From: Adineta vaga
Taxonomy: Eukaryota; Animalia; Rotifera
Direction: 5' to 3'
Assembly (NCBI GenBank): GCA_021613535.1
Contig: CP075497.1
Span: 3,472,001 to 3,536,000 of the forward strand
DNA length: 64,000 bases
Part shown: positions 58,099-64,000 of the stretch, in pieces
How the letters are laid out: every line of letters begins with the position of its first letter
Position numbering within the stretch: the stretch's first letter is position 1
Made by a program: the position numbers and the translations under genes
The notes under the pieces: model-generated
Databases searched by the model: none
Told to the model about the DNA's origin: nothing
The model's input: only the letters and a program-made list of their open reading frames with translations

Positions 58099-60795
58099 AT
58101 GTTTTACGGTATTATATTGGAAAGTGCACGTGATGGTGTGACTCTTTTTCATGGTGAAACTGTTTGGAAACGTGTTGTTCATGAACTCAAACTACCATCT
58201 GAAACATTTACTTTATTCGCACGATATGATCAGAAAATCTTATTCGACATTTGTGATTGTAAGTCTCATCAAGCAGTGGGTCATATGATATTCATTGAAG
58301 TATCGATAATTATAGGTATGCCACATGTTTTACATGAAGGAACACCCGAATCATTTCTGGAATTCTTTGGTGAAGATTTCGTTCGTTATTTTGTCAATTT
58401 TGGTTTTGATAAAATTCTTCGAGTAGCTGGACGAACGTTACGTGATTTTCTTTTCGCTATTGACCAATTGCATGATTCAAATCGATTTACTTTTCCACAA
58501 ATGGATCAACCGTTATTTCACGTTACGGAAGAAAACGAGTCAGGTGCCACATTAGTTTACAAGTGAGTTTCTTTTTGCCTAAGCTTTTTCTTATGAACAA
58601 GAATGAAAATGATTTTTATCTATGTTCTTCGAATTTAGAAGTGTTCGTCATGGATTTGCTCGATATGCAATAGGAGGTTTGTCCGCTGCAGCTAAAACAC
58701 TCTTTCAAGAACATATCAAAATGGATATTTTGCATGATTGGTCAACGAAAGAATGTAAGTTACAAACAATAATATCACTTCATTATCAATTGATGGATAT
58801 AATGATTAGATGCTCATATTGCTTTCTGGGTAGAATTTAAAAATACAGGATTTCATCAGAAACGAATATCGCACTTTCCATCATTGCCAGAGCTTAATGG
58901 AGTAACATTCTTTCGAGTAAGAACATGATTTTTCTCTCATTTGTAAAATAATAGAATATAAATATGAATTCAGGTATTTCCTTTTTCGATTCTCATGGAT
59001 TCAACATTACGTATTCATTGTATGGGAGAAAAAATTATGGCTGTGTTTCCAGAAGAAACTCCTCTAATTGGACGACCACTTGATCAAGTCTTTCGACTTA
59101 TTCGACCTGATATTCTTATTGAATGGGACAAAGTATATCAACATACTTCTTTCTGTAAACAATGTTTTCTCTTCACTTCTCTCAATCGTAGGTACTTTCC
59201 TATGGTCGACATATTGTCTTTTTGATGGAAAATCGATTACAATTACGTGTTGGTCCAACAGGCAAAATTCAACTCAAAGGACAAATGAAATACATAGAAA
59301 ACAAGAATATGCTTTGGTTTTTATGTCATCCAGTGTAAGTTTGATGATATTTCGTGGATGAAGTACAATAAATGATGATTATAGTTTAGAAAGTGCTGAT
59401 GATATGATATCGATTGGTTTACATTTGACAGATTTGAATCTTTTTGACAGTACAAGTGATCTTCTTATAACTGGCATTCATCAAGAACGAGAAATAGAAT
59501 CAGCGATATTCAAAGTTTAATTTATCTTTTCTATTATTCATTCTTGTGAAATAATTTGTTACTTTCAGCAACATTTATGGACAAAAAAACTGCCAGCTGT
59601 ACGACGAAAATTAAATTTCTGTCATAAAAAGAATCAGGCATTACTCTATTCAACTATGCCAAAACATATTGCTCTCCTACTTCAATCTGGCATACATGCG
59701 AATAGTATCTGTGAAGTATATCGTATGAAATTACATTTCTTTGGTTAAATCCTATTTAAATTCCTAGTGTCAACCACTTATAACTATTCTCTTCGTATAT
59801 GTTTTGGATTTAAAATCAATAACTCATCACCTTCATGCTGCAGATGCAATTATATGCTTAAACAACGTTATTATTTTATTTGATACTATAGCTGATAAAT
59901 ATGATGTATTTAAAGTTGAGATTAAAGCAGATGCGAGTTATATGTTAGTCGCAGGTATACATGATCAATCACATATGCTCGAAGGAAACAACAGAATTGA
60001 AATTGTAAGAATGATTTTAACAAAGTTTTCAGGAATATATTAAATGATTTTATAGTCATCGAGGAGATTATTAAATATAAGGGTAGAAAATAATGATGAA
60101 GAAGACAATGGCGAAGAAGAAGAAGAAGAAGAAGAGTGTAATAAAAACCCATCTGGGCTTAATGCAACCGAAATTATCGCTGCATTATCATTAGACTTTG
60201 CACACGCTAGTGAGCGTACTTACAATCCTATATCGAATAAACCATTTCATCTAAAATTTGGTGAGCAATATATATATATATATTTTGTTTTTTTCGAATC
60301 TATCTTTCCATATAGGTTTCCATTCAGGTACGGCAATCGGTGGTATTGTTGGTACTCGAAACTATCAATATTGTCTATTTGGTGATACCGTTGGAACAGT
60401 AAGTCTATCTTGTATATTCACTCTGACATTCAATCAATAATCTTAGGCAAGTCAAATCACTACTACTGGCGAGGTAATTATATTAGAAAAAATAGATCGA
60501 AATTAGATATGTGAAGATTTATAGATTGGACGAATACATTTGAGTCACAGCATACAGTCATTTGATTGAGGGAAATCGTTTTACAGTGGAATATCGAGGT
60601 CAAGTGCATATTAAAGTACGTTGATAGATATTGTTTGGTTAATTTATTGTTTATTAAGTATTTTTTTAGGGAAGAGGTGCAACTGACACATATTGGTTAA
60701 CAGGTTTAAATAAAAAAATATCGACAGCAATGGTCAATTCAAATCCAACAATATTGAAATGTCCATTTACTAATCGAAATTTAACATTTAGATGA
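58099..60795 (+). CDS. Soluble guanylyl cyclase-like gene 3 (chimeric: gene-4-type 5' half, gene-2-type 3' half)
   Basis: 5' exons near-identical to 62832 onward; sequence after ~59149 near-identical to 54374-56037. Confidence 0.9.
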
Positions 60796-62831
60796 ACGAC
60801 ATTTAATTAATAAAAAGTATATTTTCAGTATCAAAGCATCTATTTTCAAAATGCTAAAAGTCATGACTAGATTAGATACTATATATAGATAACGTGGAAT
60901 ACGCAGTAAAAAAGAAATCAAAATCATCCTATGCTTCATGAGTAATAAACAACTACTTTCTAACATATACTCATTTTCTAAACTCGAAACCAGATATTAT
61001 TTCTACTATCCGTAGGATAATAATATCTAATAGTACACTTCTTCAAAATAATTTTCAATGCGACACATGAAATTAAACATCCGAATGCATGTGACATGAA
61101 CACTTTAGAGACGTATATGTTCCTAGAGATTATTTACGCATCGATTGAAATTTTAACTATACTTCCGTTTTCCTTGTTAACTAATTATAGTATTTGTGTT
61201 TTTGATTTGCACTGTTCCATAATAACCATCCGTTTGAAGTTGATTAATTGCAAACTGAGACGTAAAGATAAATTAAATACTTCGGGGTATAATTAGAGAA
61301 TGTCAAAAACATGTATTTATATGGAAAAAGAAAATATTTTATTTATATTAAAAATTCTGATCATGTTTATATAAGATAAAACTTTATCTACTGTTTTATT
61401 TCGATTATATTGAACGAATTCACATATTAATCCCGTAAGTAGATATGAATCACCTTTTTCTACTATTGTGAAGAGATTTATATAGATTTCATTTTCTTTA
61501 TTCATACTCTACTTTTGCTCATTAACAAAATATTGAAAGATGAGTAATATCAACTAACATCATTCTGAAGCAAAAACTAAGTTACAAATGAAGAGAGATG
61601 AAATATCAATGCTTAATATAAACGTGTGAATGTACAAATCATTACCTGCTCCCGAACTCTGTTATTAGATAGTACAAATTTGATGAATGATAGAATATTG
61701 ATTCATTTTTCTATTTCATTCTTTTTAATCTCTTTTTCTTATATAAATATATATTTATTAGAATTCTATCATTATACTTTTGATTCATATCTTTCTGATT
61801 GTATCGTATTCGTTTTGCTATAGTTTTAGACATTTGATGACATCAGAAGAAGTTTGATACTTATGAAAGGTCGAGGATAATTATTTATCCTGTCGTTTGA
61901 TTTAGTTAGTCTTATGTGCATTTGTTTTGATTAGATTAATAATGGTGTTGACACTCATTCAAATGAATGAATTAGTTGAATTGAATTGGATCAAGTGCTG
62001 ACATCCGTTTTTATCTAGTATGTTTTTATTCTTTCTCTTCATCTTTCTACTAAAACTGATTGATTCATGACAGAAATGTCACTGTTACCTCAACAGTTGT
62101 GTAATTCAACTAATGTTCACTCATGAACCTGAACAAGAAATTTGATAGCTTATAAACAGTAGTATTTCGAATATTTTACGTAATGCAACGAACTAAAATA
62201 CTATTTTTATTCATAAAAATTCATCGGTAGCAATGACTATGGACTTTTGAACTGATAAAATACATTCTCATTTCAATTCGTGTCTCAAAACTATTCGTTT
62301 CCGTTTGTTCAATCTTTATCATAGTATAGGTAAATCATTGTGCATGAAAAATTCTATTTGACTATAAATATAAAAAGACATTTTTTCTTGAAAAGAAGTA
62401 TGCTTAAAACCCGCATATCCTTTAACAATAGCCGTGTGAAATAAACACGTCTAAACGATAATATTTTGCTTGTCATCACACATGAAAGATTTCTTTGTAT
62501 CCATCTTGATAAATCTCCTTGCATTAACTGAAATCTTTTTCGGTACTTCTTTCTTCCACCAGAATAAGAACGATTCACTACACTTAATACATTAATGAAA
62601 GATTTAAATGAGATCTTGGCATGATAGTTAATACTGTAGTGGTGTTAATGAAAGATTATGTGATTTGTACATCGGATATCCGTATGTGAAAGAAACTTCT
62701 TAGTGCGCAAAAATAAAACTGTGCGTACATTAACACTTCTTTCTTTCTTTCCTTTCTTTCTTTTTTTGGAAAGTATAAAAGAGTTTGTTACTTGGCCATT
62801 GTATTCAATTTAGTAGGTAATCTTGTACAAA

Positions 62832-64000
62832 ATGTTTTACGGTATTATATTGGAAAGTGCACGTGATGGTGTGATTCTTTTTCATGGTGAAACTGTTTGG
62901 AAACGTATTGTTCATGAACTTAAACTACCATCTGAAACATTTACTTTATTCGCACGATATGATCAGAAAATCTTATTCGACATTTGTGATTGTAAGTCTC
63001 ATCAAGCAGTGGGTCATATGATATTCATTGAAGTATCGATAATTATAGGTATGCCACATGTTTTACATGAAGGAACACCCGAATCATTTCTGGAATTCTT
63101 TGGTGAAGATTTCGTTCGTTATTTTGTCAATTTTGGTTTTGATAAAATTCTTCGAGTAGCTGGACGAACGTTACGTGATTTTCTTTTCGCTATTGACCAA
63201 TTGCATGATTCAAATCGATTTACTTTTCCACAAATGGATCAACCGTTATTTCACGTTACGGAAGAAAACGAGTCAGGTGCCACATTAGTTTACAAGTGAG
63301 TTTCTTTTTGCCTAAGCTTTTTCTTATGAACAAGAATGAAAATGATTTTTATCTATGTTCTTCGAATTTAGAAGTGTTCGTCATGGATTTGCTCGATATG
63401 CAATAGGAGGTTTGTCCGCTGCAGCTAAAACACTCTTTCAAGAACATATCAAAATGGATATTTTGCATGATTGGTCAACGAAAGAATGTAAGTTACAAAC
63501 AATAATATCACTTCATTATCAATTGATGGATATAATGATTAGATGCTCATATTGCTTTCTGGGTAGAATTTAAAAATACAGGATTTCATCAGAAACGAAT
63601 ATCGCACTTTCCATCATTGCCAGAGCTTAATGGAGTAACATTCTTTCGAGTAAGAACATGATTTTTCTCTCATTTGTAAAATAATAGAATATAAATATGA
63701 ATTCAGGTATTTCCTTTTTCGATTCTCATGGATTCAACATTACGTATTCATTGTATGGGAGAAAAAATTATGGCTGTGTTTCCAGAAGAAACTCCTCTAA
63801 TTGGACGACCACTTGATCAAGTCTTTCGACTTATTCGACCTGATATTCTTATTGAATGGGACAAAGTATATCAACATACTTTTTTCCTTAAACGCTGTTT
63901 TCTCTTCACTTCTCTCAATCGTAGGTACTTTCCTATGGTCGACATATTGTCTTTTTGATGGAAAATCGATTACAATTACGTGTTGGTCCAACAGGAAAAA
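62832..64000 (+). CDS. Soluble guanylyl cyclase-like gene 4 (truncated by window end, within PAS)
   Basis: MFYGIILESARDG..., DQLHDS, YKSVRHGFARY, PAS start. Confidence 0.9.

Larger units (their letters stand above)
54346..63853 (+). repeat. Tandem duplication of a ~4.75-kb unit (54346-59120 and 59121-63853)
   Basis: Identical or near-identical ORF pairs in the track (55029/59804, 56338/61096, 57613/62354, 58090/62823) with scattered SNPs and indels. Confidence 0.95.

Overview
AT-rich, gene-dense eukaryotic (animal) DNA with many short (~45-65 nt) GT-AG introns. Composition, intron size and gene style suggest a bdelloid rotifer, which is inference and not demonstrated. The ORF track fragments most genes, so I spliced them by eye. 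From left to right: a duplicated 4-TM tetraspanin-like gene flanking a convergent pair (ADAMTS-like metalloprotease, GPI-type GH18 chitinase-like gene); a MATH-only gene; Cramped/CRAMP1; a small secreted prohormone-like gene; Na+/K+-ATPase alpha; a PLAT-TM-PPxY membrane protein; two RING-H2 genes; CSN3; a Fos/ATF3-like bZIP; a UCP5/KMCP1-type carrier; APRT; a dual-specificity phosphatase; a TM2-domain gene; and, from 49.7 kb to the window end, four tandem soluble-guanylyl-cyclase-like (H-NOX-PAS-CC-cyclase) genes. This array is the most unusual part of the window. The heme-binding H-NOX domains are intact but differ at the O2-discriminating distal residue (Tyr in three copies, Phe in one). The three visible cyclase domains have lost key catalytic residues and end in a KCPF motif. 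The PAS segment is homogenised, introns included. Copy 3 is a chimera whose crossover maps to a 28-bp window.
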